Source: a virus
Taxonomy: Duplodnaviria > Caudoviricetes
IMG/VR virus record: IMGVR_UViG_3300017751_000109
Span: 1 to 31,893 of that record
Direction: 5' to 3' (one strand)
Length of the DNA stretch: 31,893 nucleotides
Translations under genes and position numbers: made by a program
The notes under the pieces: model-generated
What the model was told of the DNA's origin: nothing
Database searches by the model: none
Seen by the model: only the letters and a program-made list of their open reading frames with translations
Part shown: in pieces, positions 8,711-18,813 of the stretch
Layout of the letters: each line of letters starts with the position of its first letter
Numbering within the stretch: position 1 is the stretch's first letter

Positions 8711-9193
8711 ATGCCAAATACATTAGATACAGGTCAAAAAGCACCACCTGACGCAGAAATTATATTGCGTAAATGGGCTATGGGACAATCTGCTATTACT
8801 GACATTGTTGGACAAAATATAGCTACTAGATTACCTAGGGAAGCAGCACTACCTTTTTTAACTTTATATAGAGCAGGTGGACAATTAGTAAATCCTATGT
8901 CAGAAGTACACATGCAAGCAGCTCTAATGCCTATGGATTGTTTTGCTGGTAAATGGGGAGGGTCAGCTAACACTGGTACTCCTGATTATGGAAAAGCATA
9001 TGAACTTTCAAATGCCGTGATTCAGTCAGCTTTCAACTATAGTAATGGGTATATAACATCTGATGATGCTACTCCGTTAAGAGCGAAGATTTACGGGTTT
9101 CAAATAATGCAGATGCCTACCAGAGTAGAAGAAACTGCCACTGGATTAGGTAGGTACTCAATAGCATTGAGTATGATGTACAGAGCAGTATAG
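8711..9193 (+). CDS. Tail terminator / tail completion protein (gp17-like)
   Basis: PDAEIILRKW, IATRLP...LPFLTLYRAGG, DCFA, AYELSNAV; lies just before the major tail gene. Confidence 0.8.
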   Translation: MPNTLDTGQKAPPDAEIILRKWAMGQSAITDIVGQNIATRLPREAALPFLTLYRAGGQLVNPMSEVHMQAALMPMDCFAGKWGGSANTGTPDYGKAYELSNAVIQSAFNYSNGYITSDDATPLRAKIYGFQIMQMPTRVEETATGLGRYSIALSMMYRAV

Positions 9194-9201
9194 GAGATTT
9201 T

Positions 9202-9519
9202 ATGTTTGGAAAAGAAGATAAAGTTAAAATTAAAGTAAAGCTTAATCCTTTGTTCACACAGAACAAAGCAAAAGACGTTGTGACTGGCATTATGTTCAGT
9301 CAAAACGAATGGGTGGAAATTGAGTCCTCAGACTGGAATAGACTGAAGGATAAGACTTGGACACTAGCTGGAAAAGCCTATCCTTTACTTATTGAAGTTG
9401 ATGAGGAAGTCGCTGAAGAAGAAGACAATGATGCTTCAGATGACTATGTGGGTAAAGACATTGAAGACTTTGCCAAAAATGGCAGTGTCTTGCAAGATAC
9501 TGAAGTAGAAGAAGAATAA
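9202..9519 (+). CDS. Small acidic hypothetical protein of the tail module
   Basis: SD AGGAGA; Glu/Asp-rich C-terminus; between the tail terminator and major tail genes. Confidence 0.7.
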   Translation: MFGKEDKVKIKVKLNPLFTQNKAKDVVTGIMFSQNEWVEIESSDWNRLKDKTWTLAGKAYPLLIEVDEEVAEEEDNDASDDYVGKDIEDFAKNGSVLQDTEVEEE

Positions 9520-9532
9520 TTAGGAGATAATT

Positions 9533-10180
9533 ATGCCAAGTACAAATGGTACAATATCTGAAGTTATTGTCGGAACTGGTGTACTTTATGTTGCAGCAAT
9601 CGGTAATGATGGTAATGCATCTGGCGATTACGTAGCATTCCCAACAGACGACGGTGCAAATGCATGGGCTGACCCTGCATCTGGCTGGCTTGACGTTGGA
9701 TATTCAGAAGACGGTTGGACTCTTGAAATGGATAAAACATTTGAAGACATAATGGTTGCTGAAGAAATAGACCCAATTGCTACTTTCAAGACTGCTCAAG
9801 AAGTTAGATTAACTGGTGAACTTGCACAAGCTTCACAAGCTAACATTCAAGTAGCTCTTGGTGGTGGAACAATAACAACTGGTGACGGTTCAAATGGTTA
9901 TGTCTCAGGATATAACGCAATTTTGCCACCTTCAACAGATGACTTTGATGAGAAATCATTACTGTTAATTGTTGACGGACCTAATGGTGCTGATAGACAT
10001 GTAGAAATTCCACGTTCTATAAACGTTGGAGCTTTCTCAATGGCTCATCAAAAAGCCCCACAAAAAGTTGTTATAGGAATTGAGTTTAAGGTACTTAAAC
10101 CAAAATCCGTGTCACAATACACAGACTTATTCAGAATCATTGATAATACAAATGACTCTGAAGTGTTTGACATTAACTAA
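9533..10180 (+). CDS. Major tail (tube) protein
   Basis: SD AGGAGA; VIVGTGVLYVA, WLDVGYSEDGWTL; 215 aa; precedes the chaperones and tape measure gene. Confidence 0.9.
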   Translation: MPSTNGTISEVIVGTGVLYVAAIGNDGNASGDYVAFPTDDGANAWADPASGWLDVGYSEDGWTLEMDKTFEDIMVAEEIDPIATFKTAQEVRLTGELAQASQANIQVALGGGTITTGDGSNGYVSGYNAILPPSTDDFDEKSLLLIVDGPNGADRHVEIPRSINVGAFSMAHQKAPQKVVIGIEFKVLKPKSVSQYTDLFRIIDNTNDSEVFDIN

Positions 10181-10223
10181 GATAGTTAAAATTAAATAAT
10201 AATGATTATGATTGGAGGTCGGC

Positions 10224-10583
10224 GTGGCTGACAAAAGATACAAAGACTTTGATTCTGCAACAAAAGAATCAGAGAAAGAACCTATTCAGGTTAAATTAAA
10301 CGAAAAAATATATACATTTCCCCCTGCACTACCTGCTAGAACTGTTTTAGCACAAATGCGTTGGATGGATGAAACAGGAGCAATGCCTACAGCAGCTGTA
10401 CCAGAGTGGTTGTCATCAATAGTTGGTGAAGAAACAATGGAAGAAATTCTTGACGAAGGTGCCACATGGACACAGTTAGAAGAATTGTTACAGTATTTGT
10501 TACAAGAATATCAGATAGTTCAAGACGTAGACGAAGAAGTCGAAGTCGAACCTGAAGAAGGCGAAGACGATACCCCAAAATAA
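10224..10583 (+). CDS. Tail assembly chaperone G (probable start GTG 10224)
   Basis: GGAGGT at 10214-10219 sits just upstream of in-frame GTG 10224, favouring it over TTG 10212. KDFD...EPIQVKL...YTFPPALPA; ends at a slippery site. Confidence 0.85.
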   Translation: MADKRYKDFDSATKESEKEPIQVKLNEKIYTFPPALPARTVLAQMRWMDETGAMPTAAVPEWLSSIVGEETMEEILDEGATWTQLEELLQYLLQEYQIVQDVDEEVEVEPEEGEDDTPK

Positions 10584-10912
10584 CTTTTGAGACTATCGAG
10601 ATAATTTATCGTTGGTCTCAAATAGAAGCAGATTTTCAAAGACACTATTCTATAGAAGACGCAGGTATAATAACCTGGAGACGGTTCATGGTGTTACTTG
10701 TGAATCTTCCTGTAGATGAATCCGTATTTTATGCTCCATTTTTTAGTGCAGCACAAGAAGGTACTTCTTATAAATCTAAAGAAGGAACGGAACCACCTAA
10801 AGGTTGGGTCAAAACAGAACTTGATAGAATTCGAGGACGTAACAGACCAAGAAAGCAATTATCAGTTGAACAGTTTGTAAAGGAGAGCAAGCGACAAGGT
10901 AAAACGAGATAG
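10574..10912 (+). CDS. Tail assembly chaperone T segment, expressed as a G-T fusion by -1 programmed frameshift
   Basis: C CCA AAA TAA at 10574-10583. The -1 frame reads PKITFETIEIIYRWSQIEADFQRHYSIEDAGIITWRRFMVLLVNLP... and is open to 10912. Confidence 0.9.
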   Translation, partial: PKITFETIEIIYRWSQIEADFQRHYSIEDAGIITWRRFMVLLVNLPVDESVFYAPFFSAAQEGTSYKSKEGTEPPKGWVKTELDRIRGRNRPRKQLSVEQFVKESKRQGKTR

Positions 10913-10915
10913 GAT

Positions 10916-13900
10916 ATGGCTAAAGACGCATCGATAAAGGTGATGCTGGAGTTCCAATCGAACAACAGCTCTCTCTCAAAAGCAACTAAAGGTATAGCAA
11001 ATGAATTAAGTGGTCTTCAAAGAAAGACTGCAACTGTTGCTTCCTCAATGGCGTCCTTCGTACCAGCATTCGCCGCTGTTGGTGCCTCAGCATTCGCCGC
11101 TTTCTCATTCGCTGGTAGAGCAGCAGTACAATTTGAAGATTCATTTGCAGGCGTAAGAAAAACATTAACATTCACAGGAAGTGCTGCAAAGGCACAAGAA
11201 GCAAACTTTAAATCCCTATCTAAAAATTTAGTTGACCTTTCTAGGACTACACCAATGGCTGCTACTGAGTTAGCAAAAATTGGAGAGATTGGTGGTCAGT
11301 TAGGTATATCTGCTGGTGCTATAACAAACTTTACAAAAACTATTTCTCAATTAACTGTTGCTACAACTATGTCAGCAGAAGAAGCATCATTTGCTTTATC
11401 AAGGCTTGCAGCGATTACAAGATTACCTGAAAGAAACTTAGGTAACTTAGCGTCTGTATTAGTTAGATTAGGTAACGAATTTGCTGCTACAGAATCTGAA
11501 ATAGTTAACACAGCTATGAAGATTGCTTCTGCTTTAGAAGTTCTTGAATCATCTACATCAAACACTGCTGCTGACTCTTTAGCTTTAGCAGCTGCTTTGA
11601 AACAGGTAGGTCAGCAAACACAAGCTGGTTCTACTGCTGTTGCAAGGTCATTAGACATTATGGCTACATCTGTAATGGAAGGTGGTAGAGAGCTATCTAT
11701 ATTTGCAAAAGTATCAGGAATGACATCAGAGTCATTTGCAAAATTAGCACAAGCTGCACCTGCCCAAGCTTTCGTTGCATTCTTAGATGGATTACAACAA
11801 GTAGGTAACGCTGGTGCAAACACAGTTCAATTATTAGAAGAATTAGGATTAGGTCAGCAAAGAACACTTAGAGCTTTACGTTCTATGGCTCTTGCTTCTG
11901 ATGATGTAAGAGAAGCTATGAAATCTGCAAATGAAGAGTTTGCAGTTAATAATGCTCTTCAAACTGAGGCAGAAAAAAGATATGAAACTGTTGTATCTCA
12001 ATTAGGAATTTTAAGAAACAATGTAAATGCATTAGGTATTGAAGTTGGAAATAATACTCTTGGTCCTATTAATTCATTAGTTAGTATGCTCACCACAATT
12101 ACTGGTGGTACTACAACTCGAAATCTAAGAAACATAGCTGCTGGATTTACTGCAACTGCAGTAGCTATAAACCTTGTAGTCGCATCACTTAAAAAAATGA
12201 CACAATTAAATCAAGTGGCTATGAGTGCTGGAATGATGGGTAGTGGCGTAGATAATAAAATTAGATTAATGAACGATGGTCTTCGTGGTGCTGGCGAAAG
12301 AAACAATTTTGCAAATGCAGCTATGCTAATGAGCTCTGACCAACAGCAAATTGGTTTGAATAGGGAAAGCTATTTAGCACAACAAGCATCTTTAGGAAGA
12401 AACACAGCTGGTATGACAAACATACTTGATGCAGCACAAATCCAAGGTATAGATGTTTTTGATAGTGCTGAAAATAAAAGACTTCTTGATAGATTTGGAG
12501 GTCAACTACCAACTGGCGACCCTTCTGAGCTTACTATGATGGGTGATGATGGTGTCGAACAACAATTAGGTGCAAGAGACCAGGACAGAATACGATTATT
12601 GCAAGCTATTAATCAAGAGGAACAAAAAAATATTACCATAAGTAAAAAGCAACTTGAATTAGAAGAACGACGTAATCAGATTCTTACTAAGATTGCTGCA
12701 CTAGAAGATAAAATTGGTAACGAAAAAGGTCAGGCTACTGCTGCTACGGCTAAAAGTAATTCACAGAAAGCTATAGACGCACAAGCAGGAATGAATAGAG
12801 CCGCAACTGGTGCTGGTAGTGACGAGGCAATAGAGTTCATGACAAAAAATAATGAAATAGAAGAATTTGATAACTTGAGGCAAGATGCTCGCTTAATGGC
12901 TAAGGAATTTGAAAAACTAGAAGAGCAGGAACGACAATTAAATGCCATGACTGATAAAACTTCAACAGAGTTTAGAGAGTTAACTAAGAGTATTGACAAA
13001 ACAAAAAAAGGCATGCGAGCCCAAGAGAAAGAACTCAAGCAAAACCAAAAAGGTTTACAAGGCTATCACAACGAATTGCAAATTATGAATCAAGAAATGC
13101 TCGAAACGGTTCAAAATTTCAACAAGCAGGGTGATGCTGCTAAAAAAGCAGAACCTGCTGTTAAAGATAGTATTAACGGAATGGAAGTTTCTGTAAATTC
13201 TCTTAATAGAGAACTCCAAGAAACTGACGTTCTTTTAGAAAAAGTTGCAGTTAAGGAAGCTAGAACTAGATTAGTACCTAACACCCAAAGTATTGGTGAT
13301 ACTGGTAGTAAGCAAACAGGGTTAATGAGAAGTAGCTTTGGTAGAACTGCCAGAGAGATTGGTCCTGTAATTAAAGGTCTAGCAGGTCTTAGTGCAGAAC
13401 AAGCAAAAACTACTACAACAACTAGAGCCTTAATTAAAGCTTTATTTATGAAACGTAAAGCTCTTATGGCAAACAAAGAAGCTATGCTATCTTCAGCACA
13501 AGGCTCACAAGCATTTAAAGTTGCTACTCAGAGTTTAGGTGCAGCCATAATGGGTCTTAAAGCAGCTTTAATGTCATTAGTTTCAATGATGGGAGTAATG
13601 ATTGCGAGTACACTTATATTTTCTTATCTCATGAAAATGTGGGAAAACGCTAAAAAAACATCTCAAGCTATTAGAGAAATTGGTGACGAAATTAAAGCAG
13701 TCATTGATTTACAAGACCAATTGACATTTAGTGGACTACAAAGAGACATGATACAAAATGCTTTAGATGAGGAACTACAAAGAGCTACTCCTGACCAGGG
13801 ATTAATAGACACTTACACGCAGCAATTAATTGATATGGATAAAGGTATTGCTCAAGCGGCTTTCAATATTGACAAATCAACTGCTGAGTTAGGAAAAAGT

Positions 13901-16900
13901 CTAACACTAGATACTAAAGAAAGTGGTATAAATGTAGAAGCTAGGTTAGAGGCAATTAATAAAGCATTGGGAACTACTTTTGACCTTGAAGAATATTTCA
14001 TAATGGTTGGAAGACAAATACAAGATTTTGAAAATAGTACAACTAATTCCTTATTGACAGCAGTTCAGAACTTTGAAGAAACACAACAGGAATTGAGTGA
14101 CTTAGAAGCTCAGCCAATAAAATCTGGTGCTGAAAGAGAGCGAATGCAATTATTAAAAGATGAACTCGCTGCTGGAAAATTACTCAAAGAGTTTGCAAGC
14201 TCAGCTGGTGATGATTTTGAAGGTATTATCGAAAGTATTGGCGATGGTTTTGGAATATTTCAAGACTCTTTTACAGGTAGTTTGATACTTGATTCAGATA
14301 CACTTAACGACCAAGTTAAAAATATTGGATTGCAATATGAAGTAGTTACTAGAGGTACTGAAGAGTTTGTAGAAGTATTTAGGCAAAGACAAAAACAGTT
14401 TACAACTTCGTATGGTGAAGTAGTAACTGAGATGGAAAAATTTCCTTTGTTTTCTATGTTGAAAAAAGATTTAGATGATGCAGATATAGAAAATGCATTA
14501 GAGCAATTAAATGGATATATCCTATTAGGAGAAGTTACAAGAAGGCAAGGAGTAGGAAATGTAGATAGTTTAGGAGATGCTAATTCAACCTTTATAAAAA
14601 TGCAAAACGAAGGTTTAATTAAACAAATGAACTTCCTAAAGCAAAATGGCGTAATGATGCAAGACATAGACCCTATAAAAGATAGGGATAGAGCCATTAG
14701 AGAAGTTTCAAATGCAAGTAGAGTTTATCAACAACAACAAATAGCACAAGCACAAGCAAGTGCTCAATCACTTGGAATACTTGAGTTCCAAATGACTAAA
14801 TTTGAAAGAGCCTTAAACGAATCACTTAAAAGAGCTTCTGGTAACCTAGCAACTGTTTTTGGTGGTATGCCTGAAACTATACGTAAGAGTGTTGACAGGA
14901 TGCTTGAAGAAATGGTCATTAAAGAAGCTAGACTTAAAAATTTCCAAAACGATGTTAAAAGACTTTCTTCTATTGCACCTATGCTTGCAAAAGATATAGC
15001 AGAGCAAGGTTTAGCTGCTGAAGAAATATTAGATGATTTACTCAAAGACCCAGTTGCAGCATTCACACTTGAAGCTTCTATGACTAGAATTGCTCCATTT
15101 AAAGCTGAAGACTTAGGTATTAGTGAGCAAGAAATTGAAAAAATGCAACAGTCTGGTTTAATTCTGGGTGAAAACGCATCTAAAGGTATCATCATGGGAA
15201 TACAAAATAACAGTAAAGAACTTGAAGAAGTATTTGTTGGAACAATGAAAAATGCTATTGATGCTACTAGATATTACATTAAAGAAGGTTCTCCTTCTAA
15301 ATTAACAGCTGAAGTACTTGGTGAGCCATTAGCACAAGGTATTGCTTTAGGTATTTTCAGAGAAGATGGAACAATCAAAGAAGCACTTACAACTGTAATT
15401 AGTGATGCAATAGCAGAGGGTCAAGTATTATTGATGACTATACCAGAAGCAGTTAGTAGTCTTACTAAAGCTTTAAATATGATGTTTGCTGTTACAGGTG
15501 CTCAAAGAGGTGTAACTGCTGCAAACTTTGCTGTACAGAAGTCTGAACAGTCTTTAATGGCTACTAGAAGAAAGAATGCTACATTAAGTGAAAGAATACT
15601 TAAAAATCAAATATCTTTACAAAAAGCTGAATTAGAGGGACGTAAGAACAATATCACTATGACTGAAGAATTAAACATTCTTCAACAAAAAATATCTATA
15701 GACCAGATGAAAAAAGATATGAGTGGTAAGAAATCTGCTTCTGAGCGTAAAGCAATTGCTGATGCTGAAAAAGAATTAGAAGAATTAAGGCTTGCAGCCG
15801 AAGCAGGTATTGTTGATTCTTTAGATGTTGAGATAGCTGAAGAAAAATTAGCTGAACTTAAAGGTACAAATAAAACTATTGAAGAACAACGTGTAGAGAT
15901 ATTAAAACTTGCTGAAGCAGAGAAGTCACTACAGCAGACCGAGAAAGAAGCTAGAGAGATTGACCAAGAATTGATTGCCTTGAGAGAAGAGAACATAGCA
16001 CTTCTTGATGAAGCTGCTAACTCAAGTTTTGAACTACAAACTGCTTATGACAACCTTGACGCCTCTACTGAAAATGTTTTTACATCTGAAATGAAATATG
16101 CAGATGCTAGAGATAAGTTTGCAGACTTTGCTAAAAGCTCACCAGAATTATTTAACGCCTTAGTAGATGGATATGGTGGAGTTGGAAGCACTATAGATTT
16201 AATAAAACAAAAAACAGATTTATTCGTATCTACAACAGAAACTGGTGCTGATAGAGCTATTAGAGCAATCAGAGAAATAGTTACAGAAGCTAATGCAGCT
16301 TTTGCTCATGTACAGTCATTAGACTTACTTGGAAATACTTCTTTTGATTCTGCACCAGATGATGCAATGAACAGAAGAAATACAGTAGGAAGAGCTGAGG
16401 AATTTAATCAACTATTTGAAGGTAGTGCTTTAGAACCTTTCCTAGAATTTTTTAGAAAGGGTAGTGCTAAGGCAAATTCCGCAACTCAATTAGGAAAAAC
16501 TTCTGGTAACGATAGAAGTGTATTTACAGATTTTGATGACTACACAGCTAGTCAAAATGCATTAAGACGTGTGCAACAAGGTCAAGATATTACATTTTCT
16601 GATTACAACAGAGCTTTGCAATCATTCTTAGGCGTTGCAACAAACTTAGACAGTGCGGGACAAATAAACTTTTCACAAAGCCAAATAGAAAATCTAGGTA
16701 TTGCAGATACTTCTTCTTTGGCAATAGCAGAAGGTAGTGGGTCTAACCAAAATTATGGTTCTACTGTACTTGGAACTACTGGATTTGGATTAGGAGATAC
16801 TGGAGATTTATCAAGATTATCTGATAAAGAAAAAGTTACTTACGATTACGTAAAGGATGACAGTCTAGGAATTAATCAGAACACATATAACCTAAGAAAT

Positions 16901-17467
16901 AGACAAAATGTAATAGACATGTATAACCGAGCTACTGGTAATAATACAGGAAGTTTGGAAGAAGTCTTAGAATATTTTGGAATGGATGGAATACCTCAAG
17001 TTACAGCAGGTGTAAACAAAGGTAAACGTTTTCATCCTAAAACTGGTCTTGAAATATCAGGAAGCATGGACCAGGACTTAATATATAAAGAAGCTTTACA
17101 AAATAATAATGTGGCATATTTTGATGACCTTTATATGAAAGCTCGTGGTTTGCTTGATGGATTAGGTCAGAAAAAATATCAGTATATATTAAAAAGAAAA
17201 TATGGTGGTGGTATGAAGCCATTCCAAAGAGCACTTGTTGGTGAGTATGGACCAGAAATGGTTACTGCTTTACCTCAAGGTGGATTAAGAGTAACACCTG
17301 AAGGTTCTGAAAGAAGTGGTAGTATTACTGTAGGTAGTCTTAATGTAAATGTAACTGGTGTACCTACTGACCCATTGCAAGCTAGAAAAGCAGCAGTTCA
17401 AATACAAAAAGCATTAGTAAATCTTGAAAAGGAAGGCGTTTCAGGAACAGGATTGTCGAGGAGATAA
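10916..17467 (+). CDS. Tape measure protein (TP901-type core), 2183 aa
   Basis: AVQFEDSFAGVRKT, ELAKIGEIGGQLGI, LVRLGNEFAATESEI; long coiled coils; C-terminal ALVGEYGPEMV; follows the G/GT genes. Confidence 0.96.
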   Translation: MAKDASIKVMLEFQSNNSSLSKATKGIANELSGLQRKTATVASSMASFVPAFAAVGASAFAAFSFAGRAAVQFEDSFAGVRKTLTFTGSAAKAQEANFKSLSKNLVDLSRTTPMAATELAKIGEIGGQLGISAGAITNFTKTISQLTVATTMSAEEASFALSRLAAITRLPERNLGNLASVLVRLGNEFAATESEIVNTAMKIASALEVLESSTSNTAADSLALAAALKQVGQQTQAGSTAVARSLDIMATSVMEGGRELSIFAKVSGMTSESFAKLAQAAPAQAFVAFLDGLQQVGNAGANTVQLLEELGLGQQRTLRALRSMALASDDVREAMKSANEEFAVNNALQTEAEKRYETVVSQLGILRNNVNALGIEVGNNTLGPINSLVSMLTTITGGTTTRNLRNIAAGFTATAVAINLVVASLKKMTQLNQVAMSAGMMGSGVDNKIRLMNDGLRGAGERNNFANAAMLMSSDQQQIGLNRESYLAQQASLGRNTAGMTNILDAAQIQGIDVFDSAENKRLLDRFGGQLPTGDPSELTMMGDDGVEQQLGARDQDRIRLLQAINQEEQKNITISKKQLELEERRNQILTKIAALEDKIGNEKGQATAATAKSNSQKAIDAQAGMNRAATGAGSDEAIEFMTKNNEIEEFDNLRQDARLMAKEFEKLEEQERQLNAMTDKTSTEFRELTKSIDKTKKGMRAQEKELKQNQKGLQGYHNELQIMNQEMLETVQNFNKQGDAAKKAEPAVKDSINGMEVSVNSLNRELQETDVLLEKVAVKEARTRLVPNTQSIGDTGSKQTGLMRSSFGRTAREIGPVIKGLAGLSAEQAKTTTTTRALIKALFMKRKALMANKEAMLSSAQGSQAFKVATQSLGAAIMGLKAALMSLVSMMGVMIASTLIFSYLMKMWENAKKTSQAIREIGDEIKAVIDLQDQLTFSGLQRDMIQNALDEELQRATPDQGLIDTYTQQLIDMDKGIAQAAFNIDKSTAELGKSLTLDTKESGINVEARLEAINKALGTTFDLEEYFIMVGRQIQDFENSTTNSLLTAVQNFEETQQELSDLEAQPIKSGAERERMQLLKDELAAGKLLKEFASSAGDDFEGIIESIGDGFGIFQDSFTGSLILDSDTLNDQVKNIGLQYEVVTRGTEEFVEVFRQRQKQFTTSYGEVVTEMEKFPLFSMLKKDLDDADIENALEQLNGYILLGEVTRRQGVGNVDSLGDANSTFIKMQNEGLIKQMNFLKQNGVMMQDIDPIKDRDRAIREVSNASRVYQQQQIAQAQASAQSLGILEFQMTKFERALNESLKRASGNLATVFGGMPETIRKSVDRMLEEMVIKEARLKNFQNDVKRLSSIAPMLAKDIAEQGLAAEEILDDLLKDPVAAFTLEASMTRIAPFKAEDLGISEQEIEKMQQSGLILGENASKGIIMGIQNNSKELEEVFVGTMKNAIDATRYYIKEGSPSKLTAEVLGEPLAQGIALGIFREDGTIKEALTTVISDAIAEGQVLLMTIPEAVSSLTKALNMMFAVTGAQRGVTAANFAVQKSEQSLMATRRKNATLSERILKNQISLQKAELEGRKNNITMTEELNILQQKISIDQMKKDMSGKKSASERKAIADAEKELEELRLAAEAGIVDSLDVEIAEEKLAELKGTNKTIEEQRVEILKLAEAEKSLQQTEKEAREIDQELIALREENIALLDEAANSSFELQTAYDNLDASTENVFTSEMKYADARDKFADFAKSSPELFNALVDGYGGVGSTIDLIKQKTDLFVSTTETGADRAIRAIREIVTEANAAFAHVQSLDLLGNTSFDSAPDDAMNRRNTVGRAEEFNQLFEGSALEPFLEFFRKGSAKANSATQLGKTSGNDRSVFTDFDDYTASQNALRRVQQGQDITFSDYNRALQSFLGVATNLDSAGQINFSQSQIENLGIADTSSLAIAEGSGSNQNYGSTVLGTTGFGLGDTGDLSRLSDKEKVTYDYVKDDSLGINQNTYNLRNRQNVIDMYNRATGNNTGSLEEVLEYFGMDGIPQVTAGVNKGKRFHPKTGLEISGSMDQDLIYKEALQNNNVAYFDDLYMKARGLLDGLGQKKYQYILKRKYGGGMKPFQRALVGEYGPEMVTALPQGGLRVTPEGSERSGSITVGSLNVNVTGVPTDPLQARKAAVQIQKALVNLEKEGVSGTGLSRR

Positions 17468-18813
17468 TGGCTCACAAAGTACATATAGGTAGATTGTCTT
17501 TTACATCACCTGGTTCATTAAGTTTTGAATCTGGAGATGGTGGTAGAAGTTTAAGCATCTCAGGTAAAATGGGTGGAGAAGAAGTCACCTTAGAACACAT
17601 AAAATATATTAGAGACGAATTAGTTTCTTTAGCTTCATATGGTTTAACAGTTCCCTTTAGATATGATGGAGACTCAACATATGATGGATATGTAAAAGTT
17701 AACTCATCTAATATACAAACTAAAAGATACCAACGTGGTGGTTTTTCTTATAGTGTAGAATTTGAATATTTAGGTAGGTCTGGTGAAGTAGTTTTTGAAT
17801 CACGATTCACTGGTGCCTTACTAGACAATGACCATAGTGTAACTAGCACTACTAACCAATTTCATGCCTCACCTGGTGACCATTACAATTATTATCACCC
17901 AAGTGAACCAACAGATGGTACAAGGTTAGCAAAAGACGAGACAAGCACTGCTACTGGTGCAAATACAACTCTTAGACTTAAAACAGATAACAATTTAAGA
18001 ACTGCTAATGCTCAGTACCATGTAGAACCAGAAGACTTTTATAAAGGAGCTTGTTTAATAAAAACAGGAACTTATTATAAAGGTTTTACTTCTAGTGCTA
18101 ATGTACAAACTCTTACTGACACAGGTGAAGAAATAAGATGTGGTTTATTCTCTAATAACAAACCTGGAAGTCTTTCTTTAGAAAATGGATTAGTAAAGGT
18201 AGAATTTAGCCCCTCATCAACTCAAGCTTTGTTTAATACTTATATATATGATGTTGCAGATTATCAGTCTAGTAAAACATGGGCTTTTACTAGAGGAACA
18301 CCTTCTGGAACTGACCACCTTTCTACTAATTGGCTTGGTTGGAGAACTATGCAAATACTTAAAAATCACCCTGAATGTGCAACTGTAAGATGTACTACTT
18401 ATCTAAATGCTGACAGCAAAGATGGTAGGTTAGTAGTAGATTTTACACTAAGACGTGGTGCTCATCATGTTTCAATAGTAGCTAATCAATTTACTTCAAG
18501 TAGGTTTAATTTATCACTATCTACATATTCTGGAACTGATGCAGCAACAGGAACTGGATACATAATAGATAATACTGCTTCTCCTGAAGATGGAAATAAA
18601 TGGATACTAGGTAGTCCTGATAGTGCTTCATCATCTTTATTATTTGATACAGGTAGAGAAATGATGTATAAAAATGGCTCTCAAATGAAAGCATTTATTG
18701 GTTATGAATTAGCACAAGAGGATACATCTATTAACTCAGCAGACACTGCTACCTCCGTTAGAGACCAATACTTTGACAATGTTTATGAATATCAAAAGCT
18801 GGTGAAATCCTAA
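17467..18813 (+). CDS. Distal tail (Dit-like) / minor tail protein
   Basis: First gene after the tape measure gene, TAATG-coupled, beta-rich, 448 aa. Confidence 0.7.
   Translation: MAHKVHIGRLSFTSPGSLSFESGDGGRSLSISGKMGGEEVTLEHIKYIRDELVSLASYGLTVPFRYDGDSTYDGYVKVNSSNIQTKRYQRGGFSYSVEFEYLGRSGEVVFESRFTGALLDNDHSVTSTTNQFHASPGDHYNYYHPSEPTDGTRLAKDETSTATGANTTLRLKTDNNLRTANAQYHVEPEDFYKGACLIKTGTYYKGFTSSANVQTLTDTGEEIRCGLFSNNKPGSLSLENGLVKVEFSPSSTQALFNTYIYDVADYQSSKTWAFTRGTPSGTDHLSTNWLGWRTMQILKNHPECATVRCTTYLNADSKDGRLVVDFTLRRGAHHVSIVANQFTSSRFNLSLSTYSGTDAATGTGYIIDNTASPEDGNKWILGSPDSASSSLLFDTGREMMYKNGSQMKAFIGYELAQEDTSINSADTATSVRDQYFDNVYEYQKLVKS

Noticed and set aside
10688-10912. Stand-alone 74-aa gene
   Set aside because: No SD; the conserved motif begins upstream of the ATG; the -1 frameshift explains it.
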